From positions 1-52,847 of the IMG/VR virus record IMGVR_UViG_3300025141_000135: a DNA stretch of 52,847 nt. The stretch is one strand, 5' to 3'. The position numbers and the translations under genes are program-made. A model generated the notes under the pieces. The model saw nothing but the letters and a program-made list of their open reading frames with translations. It was not told the DNA's origin and searched no databases. Position 1 is the stretch's first letter; the number at the start of each line of letters is the position of its first letter. This stretch comes from a virus (lineage: Duplodnaviria > Caudoviricetes). This document shows, one piece after another, positions 1 through 9,998 of this stretch.

Positions 1-127
1 TCCTTAGTCGCTTTCTGAGCCTCTTTCTTTGCTTCTCGTTCACTTTGCCCTGTCCGTTTTAAAGCGTGTACAGTTGCGCCTTTTATTCTTTTCTCTTCCA
101 AGTACGCATCGTAGAGTCTACCATAAC
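1..127. repeat. 127-bp terminal direct repeat (copy 1); circular assembly overlap
   Basis: Identical to 52721-52847. 127 matches a common assembler k-mer length, and a CDS runs through the junction. Confidence 0.95.
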
Positions 128-197
128 ACATCTTAAGCTCACCGAACGAAGCGCAGTCACTGGCATTCGCTGGAAAATTCCGATAAGGTCGCTTCAA
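1..197 (-). CDS. 5' part of the origin-spanning membrane protein (continues into 52720..52477; about 146 aa)
   Basis: The frame of ORF 52477..52821 stays open across the junction up to TTG at 195-197 (MKRPYRNFPANASDCASFGELKMCYGRLYDAYLEEKRIK...). That TTG overlaps the TGA of the upstream gene and follows GAGGGAGG. Confidence 0.7.
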   Translation of the reverse strand, partial: MKRPYRNFPANASDCASFGELKMCYGRLYDAYLEEKRIKGATVHALKRTGQSEREAKKEAQKATK

Positions 198-463
198 AGA
201 GCCTCCCTCTGGGCATACTCACTATCAGGCAAAAGGACTTTTACTGCTGTCAGCATCTCATCCTTGCGTTCATGGTTAAAGATAGAGTCTGAATCCTTTA
301 GGTATTCATCTATTATGCTTAAGGCGCATAGCCTTTCCGATAGACGCAGGTACGTAGCCTCATTAGAACTGTCGTAGAAGGCATAGATGACCTTGGATTT
401 GAGGATGAAGTGCATTCTACGTTCTGAGCCTTCTTCCATTGCAATGACTGTATCCAGATCCAT
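194..463 (-). CDS. hypothetical protein (89 aa)
   Basis: ORF with strong GGGAGGA RBS, same strand as its neighbours. Confidence 0.7.
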   Translation of the reverse strand: MDLDTVIAMEEGSERRMHFILKSKVIYAFYDSSNEATYLRLSERLCALSIIDEYLKDSDSIFNHERKDEMLTAVKVLLPDSEYAQREAL

Positions 464-499
464 ACGTGTATCCTCCCTATTATTGCATATAATATACGA

Positions 500-685
500 T
501 CATCTGTAGATTCTCGTTTTATCAGTTAGCCATTCATTCGTCCTGTCTACCGATTTCCTAAGAGAATCAATTCGCCTATTTATCCGTTCGATATCGCTCC
601 TTAGCATCAGCAGCAGTACTAAATTGAATGCTACCAGCGTTAAGCCTATGACCGCAAGTCCCGCTTGGATCTCTTTAGCGTCCAC
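500..685 (-). CDS. small membrane protein (one TM helix plus coiled coil; possible lysis accessory)
   Basis: Hydrophobic LAVIGLTLVAFNLVLLLML followed by a heptad-like stretch. Confidence 0.6.
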   Translation of the reverse strand: MDAKEIQAGLAVIGLTLVAFNLVLLLMLRSDIERINRRIDSLRKSVDRTNEWLTDKTRIYR

Positions 686-791
686 GGGTTTTCTTCTTTT
701 TATCGGTAATCAATGCCGCCAGCACTAACGCCACAGCACCTGCGACTATACTACTCGCTAAAATAGCAAACGCGAGATGGCAGTTGGTCAC
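675..791 (-). CDS. 38-aa single-TM peptide (not in ORF track)
   Basis: Manual translation from GTG: MTNCHLAFAILASSIVAGAVALVLAALITDKKKKTRGR. It fills the gap between the fibre gene and the next ORF. Confidence 0.5.
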   Translation of the reverse strand: MTNCHLAFAILASSIVAGAVALVLAALITDKKKKTRGR

Positions 792-795
792 GCTA

Positions 796-3700
796 TTATG
801 CAGCCTCCAGTGCTGCTATTTTTGCCTCTGCCGCTTCGAGTCGAGCCTGTAATTCTTGCACCACCTTGAGGCCGATCTGCGCTAATATTGAGTACTTAGC
901 ACGTTTAGTAACAGTACCCAAATTAACCATTTTATTATGAGTTGCTATAACCCTGTTCCCATCCTCATCAATATTATATGTCTCGTTGCCGTCTGCGTCT
1001 AATATCGGCACGTCTTGGCTGCTATAGTCTGGCGCGTCCTCGACCAACCCCGGAAACACTGTCTCCAATTCCTGCGCCACTACCCCAAATCGCATAGGCG
1101 ATTCTGCATCTTCCGCGACATCCGATTTGAGTCGATATTTACGAAATTTGACAGCTTTGAAATCATCCCAATACGAACGTACATCTGTAATGTCCTGCTT
1201 AAGTTTTAAGTCCGATATTGCGCCGTAACTGTTGTTTGCATTTACAACATCGCCGTCAGTGTGAACTATAAACCGTTCTCCGCTATTGTCGTGAAGATAG
1301 AGGAAATAATACGATGAACTTCCTGTTACGTCTCCGGTCATTTTCATTGACATACCGCGAGGAGCAGAGCCACTGCTATTTATGCAGTCTACCACCGCGC
1401 CATCGCTTCGACTGGACCTGACATCAAATGGCGAAGTTGGCGAGGACGTGCCGATGCCGACATTGCCGTCTTCTTGAATTTTCATTAAAACTGTTGCAGA
1501 TGTTGTGTTGGCATTATGCCCAAAATAATAAGCGCGGTCAGTCTGATCATCATTGGAGTCAATGCTAAAATACATCGACTCAGGAGTGGCAATCAGAGCA
1601 TTGGAGGTATCGTGAACGCCCAGATCCAGTGATGGCGAACCGTTGACGGTGGATATTAATACCGTCCCTCCACTGTTGATTCTCATACGCTCTGTAGCGG
1701 CTGTGCCGAATTTTAGCGCGTTGACCGAATCGTGTTCATATTGTATATATCCCTGATTTGTTGTGTCGGCAGTATCAGTCCAACCCAGAACTCCATTGCC
1801 ATCCGTTGGCGCGTACATAATCACATCTGCATTCGCATTGCCATCGCCTACAACGATAACGTCCGTGTTGCCATCTACAGTTGACGGTGATGCGTTATTG
1901 ACACCAAGTCTCGTCCCATCAAAAATGAGATTGGACTCGGATGTAAGCGCACCTGTTCCGTTGCCTGTTAGTATCTGACTCGTTCCAACGGTAGATAACC
2001 CCGTTCCACCATGCGCCACCCCTACGTCTGTTCCCTGCCAGACTCCAGTGCCTATGGTGCCTACGGTAACAATCGAACTACTGCCAGCAATGGGCGAGTA
2101 GAGCGATCCAAGAGCAGTGCCTCCGAGCGTTATCGCGTCTGCTTCAAGGGTTCCGTTTACGTCTATATCACCATCCAGGTCAATATTCCCAGGTATTGTT
2201 ACGACACTTGCGCTGCCTGCACCTATCGTAGCATCAATACGTCCATCAGCAGACGCAGACCCTGTAACGCTCAACCCCAACGTATTCGTAGCATCATTCT
2301 CCGCGACATAGACACGTAATCCAGCAGCTTCTGACCCATGATCGGCTTCCACTACGTAGGCATCTATATAAGCTAACTTCTCCGCAGCATTATTGCTCGC
2401 ATCTGTACCGAAGAACTCAATCGTCCCCATAACATCATTATCAGCACCTTGACCAGAACCGGGATCTTTTGTAAAGACAAATTTACCAGCAGTAGCATCG
2501 GCATGGGTATTCTTGAGCTCTATCTTGGGAAGATCCGCAGAAGTCGAGGTGGCAGTAAGAGCATCACTTGCAAAAGTCAATGTTGACTCTACAATAGCTG
2601 AAGAACTACTACCGTAAGTAACCATACCATCCGCAGTAGATCCACTAAAGGATATACCTCCTCCAGGAACTGATTCCCATGCAGGTACTGTCCCCGCCCC
2701 TCCAGTAGTTAAAACATAACCATCAGTAGATGCCCCTAGCCGCTCTAAGAAACCGCTTGCGTCACGATAGTAGATATCTCCAGTAGCATCAGATCCTAGA
2801 GTCATAGTAGCAGAGCCATCTATAACTCCAGACCAAGTTCCACTAGTGATTGTACCTACCGTGGCTAAAGATGATGCTGAGGTAATACTATTCTGCGCAG
2901 CGGTAGATATCGTCCCTGCCAGGGTCGAACCAGTAACAGCCCCACTACTAGTAATAGCTCCATCTGCTTGAATAACACCAGCCGTGGAAATCGTTGCTCC
3001 TGTGGACCCATAACCTCCACCAAATGTTGCCCCTGCAGTACACACTAAGCTAGCTAGAGTAGCAGCTCCGGTAGTTCCTAAAGTTCCTCCAATACTTGTA
3101 TTTCCACTACTGTCTATTTCAAGCGCTGGCTGCGCCCCAAGAGATCCAGTCCCATAATTAATAACAAACTTATCACTATCCCCATCTTCCACACCTAAGG
3201 AGTACTGAACAGTTCCACTAAGAGCAAACTGAATAACAGAGTCTCCATCGCTAGCTGTATTATTAATTTGAAGATTAGTTCCGTTAGCGTGAGCTCCAGC
3301 CATCGTCAGCCCTGTATCAGCGACATGAGTTAAGCTAATATCACTATCTGCCCCAAAGTTTAGAACCGCTGAGTCGGAACTAAGACTAACATCATCAGAT
3401 ACTGTCATATCTCCAGTTATTGCAACTCTTCCAACACCAGCAGCCGTGGCTCCTGCAGTGAGAAATTCCGTCATAGTTCCAGCAACAAGAGCTCTTATCC
3501 TAAACTCAGAGTCCTTACTACCTGTAGAAGCATCTGTCAGGACCCAGTCAAGATTTACTAAGTCAGAGGCTGTACCCGCATCATCGTCTGCATAAAGAAC
3601 AAGCCTACCTCCATCGTTATCCGCAGCAGTTCCACTAGCAGGATCCAGACCAAATTCTGCAACTTCCACTATTCCTGCAGCCGCCGCATTAGTCGACTCA

Positions 3701-3900
3701 AATGACTTTTTGCCTGTCATAGTCTGGGCTGTCGACTTGCCCATTATGCCATCTGTGCTAGTTAGGTCTACATTCGCCTCATCTATATTTGTAGACTCTA
3801 AGAAGGTAAGTACATTGTTTAACCAATCTCTTACCTGTTCGGCATCCATCTCATCGCCAGGATCTGGCAGAGGAGTTGATGGACGAGTTACTGTTGCCAT
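796..3900 (-). CDS. tail fibre/receptor-binding protein with C-terminal peptidase S74-type intramolecular chaperone
   Basis: 1034 aa, G/S/T/A-rich. Contains fibre motifs (ERMRINSGG, GNVGIGTSSP) and a C-terminal SDLKLKQDI...FGVVAQELETVFPGLV segment followed by a coiled coil. Confidence 0.9.
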   Translation of the reverse strand: MATVTRPSTPLPDPGDEMDAEQVRDWLNNVLTFLESTNIDEANVDLTSTDGIMGKSTAQTMTGKKSFESTNAAAAGIVEVAEFGLDPASGTAADNDGGRLVLYADDDAGTASDLVNLDWVLTDASTGSKDSEFRIRALVAGTMTEFLTAGATAAGVGRVAITGDMTVSDDVSLSSDSAVLNFGADSDISLTHVADTGLTMAGAHANGTNLQINNTASDGDSVIQFALSGTVQYSLGVEDGDSDKFVINYGTGSLGAQPALEIDSSGNTSIGGTLGTTGAATLASLVCTAGATFGGGYGSTGATISTAGVIQADGAITSSGAVTGSTLAGTISTAAQNSITSASSLATVGTITSGTWSGVIDGSATMTLGSDATGDIYYRDASGFLERLGASTDGYVLTTGGAGTVPAWESVPGGGISFSGSTADGMVTYGSSSSAIVESTLTFASDALTATSTSADLPKIELKNTHADATAGKFVFTKDPGSGQGADNDVMGTIEFFGTDASNNAAEKLAYIDAYVVEADHGSEAAGLRVYVAENDATNTLGLSVTGSASADGRIDATIGAGSASVVTIPGNIDLDGDIDVNGTLEADAITLGGTALGSLYSPIAGSSSIVTVGTIGTGVWQGTDVGVAHGGTGLSTVGTSQILTGNGTGALTSESNLIFDGTRLGVNNASPSTVDGNTDVIVVGDGNANADVIMYAPTDGNGVLGWTDTADTTNQGYIQYEHDSVNALKFGTAATERMRINSGGTVLISTVNGSPSLDLGVHDTSNALIATPESMYFSIDSNDDQTDRAYYFGHNANTTSATVLMKIQEDGNVGIGTSSPTSPFDVRSSRSDGAVVDCINSSGSAPRGMSMKMTGDVTGSSSYYFLYLHDNSGERFIVHTDGDVVNANNSYGAISDLKLKQDITDVRSYWDDFKAVKFRKYRLKSDVAEDAESPMRFGVVAQELETVFPGLVEDAPDYSSQDVPILDADGNETYNIDEDGNRVIATHNKMVNLGTVTKRAKYSILAQIGLKVVQELQARLEAAEAKIAALEAA

Positions 3901-3908
3901 ACGATCAT

Positions 3909-3931
3909 CTCCCTAACAAATTGTTACAGAG
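3909..3931. promoter_or_regulatory. 23-bp palindrome copy 1 (CTCCCTAACAAATTGTTACAGAG)
   Basis: Between the nozzle and fibre genes; its minus-strand GGGAG doubles as the fibre RBS. Confidence 0.85.
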
Positions 3932-3932
3932 T

Positions 3933-5492
3933 TTAGTTTTCTAAAGGTACGTACTCGACAATATATCCTACTATGCTCGCAGGGGAACTAGCTGTCCACT
4001 CTGGAGCTAAAGTCTCGCACATCATATTAACAAAAGTGTTTGCCCTTCTGCTCTCTGCCCCTGGCCACTGCTTTCCAGTATTCCAGCTAACTCCAGTGTT
4101 CCAAGAATACTCAGCGCCTACATTAAAAGAATCAGTTACTGTAGCTCCCCTTCCTTGATCTATATTAACCCGCATTGTAACATCACTAGCTTCTTGGCGT
4201 TTATTAAAGATAGTCTGGATATTAAGTATATGCTTTACCTTTCCTGGAAGGCCCAGATCATTAGGAGCCATCTTTATGCGCCAAGTGTAACCAGTCCCAT
4301 CATCCGTTATAAAATCACTGCTATTCGCCTTATACAAATAACCGTTGACTCCTCCAAACCAATCAAGTTCTGTAGAGCTAAGAGTTATCTCTCTGGCATA
4401 ATTTATAGGATTAGATATCAGATCAAACCATATATCCCCTGTCTCCCAATCCCAAACCATAACTTTGTCATGCCCTGAAGTATTACCAGAACTCGACACT
4501 AAGACTCTAACCTGATGATCTTTTTCTCTAACAAACAACCTTGCGTATTGCATCCTTTCTTGGTTAAGACTAAACCATCCATTCTTAGATCCAAGATCAT
4601 CTAAGTTAACAATACGAAAATTAAGATCAGGAGTAATAACAAATAAGCCTTCCCTTGCAACACCAGCAACAAACTCAGGCCGCACTACAAGACTTTTAGA
4701 AATAGGAGTAAAGCCTCGCCTAGGCTGTCCAAGTTGGAAATCAAAGTGTCCTAGCTGATCATATACTATCTCCCCTGGATAAAGCCCGTCTTCTTTAAAT
4801 ATCAGCGCTATCCCCCAGTTATCACAAGCTGCCACAATCTTAGGACCACCGTCATAGATCTCGTATCTGTTGTCAGCCCTCCAAGTTGTTATATCAACCT
4901 CATAAGTTCTTCTATTAATATCACACCAGCGAACTCTAGTAGGATAATAAGTTCCACTCTCAGTAGTTCCCCAAGATAGCATAAGATTCTTATGAGTAAG
5001 GATTCCCTGACACTTACTCCAAGGCATACCTGTAAGATTAGTAGTATTAGAACTAGTAGACCCTGTCCAAGTACGAACTTGGTCTACAGCATTATTCATA
5101 ATCAATTTATCTTTAAGAAACACAAACTCAAAGATATCATCGTTGCCGCCAGTAAAATCGCTGCCAGTTATATCAGTTCTGGATACTGCTCCTCCAGGAT
5201 CTGAGTAAGCCTTACCAGGAGTAGTAACTACTTGCCTAGTAGTACCATCAGCGAAAGTTCCTTGCCACAAACCTGTAGGCATCTCTCCACCAGGAAGTAT
5301 AGTCGTACTATACTTATTATACCCAAACCGACTCTTTGCTACACCCTCTTCTGATATATTAACATTGGTAAGAACTTCGCAGTTCTCAGGACTCAAGTTA
5401 GGGTTAGGATACCGCCACCTTGATTTTTGCCCTTTAATAAGGAATATACCAGACGTTACTGCTTCTGGTGCAACTCTAAATACTTCAGTCAT
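3933..5492 (-). CDS. putative tail nozzle/stabilisation protein (P22 gp10 / T7 tubular B-like)
   Basis: 519 aa, beta-propeller-like and W-rich, with an N-terminal 'LTNVNISEEGVAKSRFG' segment typical of this class; lies between adaptor and fibre. Confidence 0.65.
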   Translation of the reverse strand: MTEVFRVAPEAVTSGIFLIKGQKSRWRYPNPNLSPENCEVLTNVNISEEGVAKSRFGYNKYSTTILPGGEMPTGLWQGTFADGTTRQVVTTPGKAYSDPGGAVSRTDITGSDFTGGNDDIFEFVFLKDKLIMNNAVDQVRTWTGSTSSNTTNLTGMPWSKCQGILTHKNLMLSWGTTESGTYYPTRVRWCDINRRTYEVDITTWRADNRYEIYDGGPKIVAACDNWGIALIFKEDGLYPGEIVYDQLGHFDFQLGQPRRGFTPISKSLVVRPEFVAGVAREGLFVITPDLNFRIVNLDDLGSKNGWFSLNQERMQYARLFVREKDHQVRVLVSSSGNTSGHDKVMVWDWETGDIWFDLISNPINYAREITLSSTELDWFGGVNGYLYKANSSDFITDDGTGYTWRIKMAPNDLGLPGKVKHILNIQTIFNKRQEASDVTMRVNIDQGRGATVTDSFNVGAEYSWNTGVSWNTGKQWPGAESRRANTFVNMMCETLAPEWTASSPASIVGYIVEYVPLEN

Positions 5493-6490
5493 TAGCTAGC
5501 CAATCCTACGTCTACGCCCTGGATATAAGGAGCCAAAGGCCTATTTCTCATCTGGACTCTATTCTGCACATTGCCAAAGACATATAAGGACGCTGGCTGA
5601 GAATTATTATCCCCAGTGAACTCAAGCATCCTAGCCTCAAAAGTCGCTCGATGCCTGTCAGCCACTCCTGCTTTTCCAAGAGTAGGCAGCAGATCCGCTG
5701 TAACTCCCCAAATTAAAAGATCATGAAAGTCCTGATTAAACTCAGGCCAATCAGTATCATTCACAAGAGGAGGCTTACGCATCTCACAGCGAATAGTGTA
5801 AGTAATTGCGGCAGCTGGAATAGGATCAAACTCTATCCACTGATAGTCTGGAGAGTCCCACCATACAGGGATAACAGCAATAGTATTAGCGTCATCATCC
5901 TTTACTGTTACATTACCAGCAAAAGTAGATCCTGTAGCAGGAACTTTAGTAACTCTTTCTACTCCTAGTTCCGAGTCGTAACTATTAGAGGTATTAACAG
6001 AAGTAGTCCCATTCATTTGAACCTCTTCTGTTACCAAAACACCGCTAGTGTTAAAACCTGTTACTCTGACTTTAAATTTCTCTCCTGCATCATCGCCGCT
6101 ATCACTAGTAAGCGCCAGAGTTCCATCACTATTAGGATATTTCTGAACCCCTCTAACGCCAAAAGGATAAGCGCTCGCTGGCGTAGAGCTATCTGTAGAT
6201 CCTGGATTTCTCTTATCAAAGTCCCTGGCCGTGCTCATAAATACAAAGCGCGGAGTAGTGGGATCTTCTATATTAAGAACTTTTCGTACATAAAGCGGAA
6301 GTCCGTACTTACTAGTTGAAGCAACTGAAGTAAGAGAAAACTCCCTGTGCTCATGAGGCACCTTGCCACTATCAAGAACCCTGCGGTAAGCAAAGTTTAC
6401 TTGATCCTTAACAAGAGCCTCAAATGCCCCTCCTTGTGCCTGCCCAGAATAAGCGAGAATATCAGTAATGATTTCCCGAAAGGTGGACAT
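5492..6490 (-). CDS. putative head-tail adaptor protein
   Basis: N-terminal MSTFREIITDI...VNFAY and C-terminal PEFNQDFHDLLIWG pattern of podophage adaptors; position fits. Confidence 0.6.
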   Translation of the reverse strand: MSTFREIITDILAYSGQAQGGAFEALVKDQVNFAYRRVLDSGKVPHEHREFSLTSVASTSKYGLPLYVRKVLNIEDPTTPRFVFMSTARDFDKRNPGSTDSSTPASAYPFGVRGVQKYPNSDGTLALTSDSGDDAGEKFKVRVTGFNTSGVLVTEEVQMNGTTSVNTSNSYDSELGVERVTKVPATGSTFAGNVTVKDDDANTIAVIPVWWDSPDYQWIEFDPIPAAAITYTIRCEMRKPPLVNDTDWPEFNQDFHDLLIWGVTADLLPTLGKAGVADRHRATFEARMLEFTGDNNSQPASLYVFGNVQNRVQMRNRPLAPYIQGVDVGLAS

Positions 6491-6491
6491 T

Positions 6492-7148
6492 CTACTTCTC
6501 CTTACTGGCCCCTTTAGCCGAGTTGATTACTTGTTCCATAGAAGGAGATCCGTCATCCCCAGCATTCTTCTTAAAGAACTCCATCATCTGCCCAAAGAGC
6601 TCTGCTTGTTGCTCTGTTCCAGCCTGATACATATCAGAAAACGCAGAGTACATATCGGCCTGGCTTGAGGCTCTCTTTTGATCTTCGCTACGGGCCAAGT
6701 TCGCTCTGGCTTCAGGACCGTTAGTTATGAAAGCTTCCTTTACGCGAAAGTTCCATTGCTGAAACACAGGAACATTCTCGCCTGTTTGGTCTGCATAAGC
6801 ATCTACTTCAGCCTCATTCATGGGAGGGCGGCCTGGAAGAATACCCATAAGCCCGTCCATAGTCCCAACAAGAGTTGCATATATTCCATCATCTATTTGC
6901 AGTCCTCGAGGCTCTCCTTCTGTGCCGACTAAAAGCCTTTCCCTCCGATTACCTCCACCTACGTCAGAAGTAACCTGAAAGACCCACTCACCTTCCGGCT
7001 GAAAATCCGCCACCAGGTTATTAGTACTGACATACTTAGTCATCACTACTTCGCCCTTTTGTTCAGGCGTCAGTTGAAGAGGAACACCCTTTTCATAATC
7101 CTTAGTCTCAACTTCAACTTCCTTATTGATATCTAGTAAAACTGGCAT
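6492..7148 (-). CDS. hypothetical protein (218 aa)
   Basis: Long ORF within the late operon, with RBS. Confidence 0.75.
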   Translation of the reverse strand: MPVLLDINKEVEVETKDYEKGVPLQLTPEQKGEVVMTKYVSTNNLVADFQPEGEWVFQVTSDVGGGNRRERLLVGTEGEPRGLQIDDGIYATLVGTMDGLMGILPGRPPMNEAEVDAYADQTGENVPVFQQWNFRVKEAFITNGPEARANLARSEDQKRASSQADMYSAFSDMYQAGTEQQAELFGQMMEFFKKNAGDDGSPSMEQVINSAKGASKEK

Positions 7149-7171
7149 AGCCCTGTTCTCCCTTTAGAGTT

Positions 7172-7828
7172 TTATATACTAAAACCTGCAATGTTTACTT
7201 GACAATCAGAAGTACTTGCTGATATAACAGCGTTAACAGCGTTTCCTGGAGTGCATACCCACATACCACTTTGGGACATCTGGGAAGGACTAGTGTCCTG
7301 TTTATTACTGGAATAACCTATAGAAAGATCTTGGGCAGCTCCGGAGTCATTGCCTGTAGCAGTTGTAGAGGCATAAACAACTCCTAAAGTAAAGAACAGA
7401 GGAACAGGAAAACTCCTACCTACAACCCCATTTGCGGTATTAGGAATTACGTAGTTGGGAACCGTTGTTCCTAAGGTTACGTCTCCAGTAGTGGCAGCAT
7501 CAAAAAGCTGTAAAAAGGCATCAGCCGCTGTAACGTTGTGCATATCTATAGAGTTTATAAGAGTATCACCAGCCCTAAGAAGTATCTTTGTTGCATCTGC
7601 ATCATCATTAAATGATCTAGAAGATGAAGCGCCTCCTCCAAAAGACCACTCTGCTATAGTGCTAGCGCCATCTCTCAGCTGAAGAGTGGCTTCTGTGTCT
7701 GAGTGTCCAGACACATGAGTTATAATATGACTAACTCCTGTGGCTGCAGCATGGGTTGCTACTGCGCCAGCACCTGTTCCAGCTTGGGTCTCAGACCAAG
7801 CTTTATTTAATTCAAACAACGAGGCCAT
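7172..7828 (-). CDS. putative virion structural (decoration-like) protein
   Basis: A/T/S/G-rich, beta-strand pattern, two similar sub-domains. Confidence 0.55.
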   Translation of the reverse strand: MASLFELNKAWSETQAGTGAGAVATHAAATGVSHIITHVSGHSDTEATLQLRDGASTIAEWSFGGGASSSRSFNDDADATKILLRAGDTLINSIDMHNVTAADAFLQLFDAATTGDVTLGTTVPNYVIPNTANGVVGRSFPVPLFFTLGVVYASTTATGNDSGAAQDLSIGYSSNKQDTSPSQMSQSGMWVCTPGNAVNAVISASTSDCQVNIAGFSI

Positions 7829-7830
7829 AT

Positions 7831-8754
7831 CTACACTCCCACTATGTTTAACATCTCGTTAATTCTATGCTCATAAGTATGAGCGCTTCTTACCTTCTCA
7901 TGCCCTGCTTTTGCTATCTTCTCTCGCTCCATAGGATTATCTAAAGCCCACTGAATCTTATCTACCATTTCCTCCTCCCCCTCGTAACCGAGGAAATGTT
8001 CACCTTCTGAAAAGCCCAGATCATCCCAGCCAACTACATCTCTATTAGTAACAAGACAATTACCATAACTAAGAACCTCAAAGAATCTCATATTAAGGTC
8101 ATCTCTAATAGAGATATTAAAGCCAACTCTGGCCCTAGCATATCTCAAAGCAGCTTGATCAAAGAATACATTATAAGCAAACCAACTGTTAGGAAAGTTC
8201 TTAAATATTACATCTAAATAATCTATTCTATTGTTTGATCCTTCTATCTGATTATTACTAGTAGGTAGATGACCAACAAAAGCTACATCATGGAGCTTCT
8301 GAAGTCCATAGGATCCGAAAAATTCTTTAGGTATATCAGCTCTATTATTTTGAAACTCTGCATAGCTAGGATCTACAGGAGGATAACAAGCTAATGGAAG
8401 CCAGTGAACATTCTGTATTCCATCTAACTTCATCTTTGCAACATCAGACTTCTGACATAAGAAAACATGATCAAAGTGCATAGCCCACTTTAACCTAGTT
8501 TCATATCCAAGATGAGTATCCACTAGCCAGCAAGCATTAGGACTAGGAAGATCAGGCATATCAATCTCATCTCTTCCATCATCTATATAAAGCCAAAAGT
8601 CGTGCTTACTAAAATCAGGCTGTACATACCAAGGCCTGTTATAGCGGTCCATACCTGTTTCTTTATACCCCATTCTATATAAAGTATCTGTTACTCTTCT
8701 AGCTGTGCCATTATTTCTAACTTCAGCGTTATAGAGAAGTCCTGGACTTTTCAT
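7831..8754 (-). CDS. glycosyltransferase, CgeB/Glyco_trans_1_2-like (GT-B)
   Basis: DVAFVG...YARARVGFNISIRDDLNMRFFEVLSYG...REKIAKAGHEKVRSAHTYEHRINEML signature. Confidence 0.88.
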   Translation of the reverse strand: MKSPGLLYNAEVRNNGTARRVTDTLYRMGYKETGMDRYNRPWYVQPDFSKHDFWLYIDDGRDEIDMPDLPSPNACWLVDTHLGYETRLKWAMHFDHVFLCQKSDVAKMKLDGIQNVHWLPLACYPPVDPSYAEFQNNRADIPKEFFGSYGLQKLHDVAFVGHLPTSNNQIEGSNNRIDYLDVIFKNFPNSWFAYNVFFDQAALRYARARVGFNISIRDDLNMRFFEVLSYGNCLVTNRDVVGWDDLGFSEGEHFLGYEGEEEMVDKIQWALDNPMEREKIAKAGHEKVRSAHTYEHRINEMLNIVGV

Positions 8755-9998
8755 GCCAAAACCTCCGATACTTTATGACAAACTAACCTAATATTATTAA
8801 GAGTTTCACTTTCTATAGAATCTATATCAAAACCACTAACTTTTACTAGCCGCTCTAAACTATCTTTATTAAAAGCATGAAGATGTGTATAGTCTAATAT
8901 TATAGTATTAGATGTTTCATGGTTAGGAATAGTTAAAAATAACTTTCCTTTGGGAACTAACAATCTATTCCACTCAATCAAAGCAGCAAAAGGGTCTATT
9001 AAATGCTCTAATATATGAGCTGCTACTATATATTCTTGACTCTCATCATCAAGAGGAACACTTGTAGCGTCTGCCTTTATGTCAGTTAATGCCTCTCCTA
9101 ATCTTTCACCTCCCTCACCTAACTCTCCAGCATCTCTTATATCTACTCCTATAGGCCCTTCTAACTTTCTCCCTCCACAACCTATATTAAGACCAGAAGC
9201 CCCATTATAAGGTTTAAGAAGCTCCTTATACCAATCTTCTTCTGTAAGAAGAGGTTTATCCAGATCCCATTCTTTAGGATATTTCCAATGTGCCAAGATA
9301 CATTCTTGCCAAGCTCTCACACCATGCTTAGAAATAAGAGCATTATTAGTAACTTCTTGACTCCAATTAGAATCCCAATCATCTCCATGAACCCTTAATC
9401 CAGTCTGTTGCCCATGATGATGAAGATATGCTCTTCTATCTATTCTTATACTATAACCAGCCTTTATTAAACGAATACTAAGATCTAAATCATCACCTCC
9501 AGGTAACTCAGCATCAAGGCCTCCAATTTCCTTAAATATATCTGTTCTAATAACCATACAAAAGCCTATCAAAAAACTACTATCACAGACTAAAGGAACA
9601 TCAGTACGTTGAATACTTTGATTACCTGCAACAAAGTTACTTCCTGGCCCAACAGCTACCACATTATCTTTTAAGTGCGAAATAAGCTTTGTCCAAAAAT
9701 CCCACTGTGCAGGAATAAAAATAACATCATCATTTAGCAAACAATAGTAAGGAGTCTCAACTGTTTCAAGAGCTAAATTATGTGCCTTCATCCATCCTAA
9801 ATTTTCTTCAGGCTCTATAACTTTTACATACTCTTTAGCTGAGTCAGGCAAAGACTTAGCCACTTCACTTTTTCCTCCATTATCAATTACAATAACTTCA
9901 AAAGGATACTTAGTACTAAGAAAAAGTGACTCTATACATATCTTAAGCATATCAAGATTATTCCAAGTTGGTATAACTATAGTAAGAAGGTTCTTCAT
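8751..9998 (-). CDS. GT2-family glycosyltransferase fused to class I SAM methyltransferase
   Basis: N-terminal TIVIPTWN, VIDNG, LLNDDV, DDLDLSIRL; C-terminal LNIGCG, HILEHL, EWNRLLVPKGKLFLTIPN. Confidence 0.9.
   Translation of the reverse strand: MKNLLTIVIPTWNNLDMLKICIESLFLSTKYPFEVIVIDNGGKSEVAKSLPDSAKEYVKVIEPEENLGWMKAHNLALETVETPYYCLLNDDVIFIPAQWDFWTKLISHLKDNVVAVGPGSNFVAGNQSIQRTDVPLVCDSSFLIGFCMVIRTDIFKEIGGLDAELPGGDDLDLSIRLIKAGYSIRIDRRAYLHHHGQQTGLRVHGDDWDSNWSQEVTNNALISKHGVRAWQECILAHWKYPKEWDLDKPLLTEEDWYKELLKPYNGASGLNIGCGGRKLEGPIGVDIRDAGELGEGGERLGEALTDIKADATSVPLDDESQEYIVAAHILEHLIDPFAALIEWNRLLVPKGKLFLTIPNHETSNTIILDYTHLHAFNKDSLERLVKVSGFDIDSIESETLNNIRLVCHKVSEVLA

Noticed and set aside
1-127. Terminal repeat as a biological DTR
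   Set aside because: The length equals a usual assembly k-mer and it falls mid-gene; most likely an overlap artefact.
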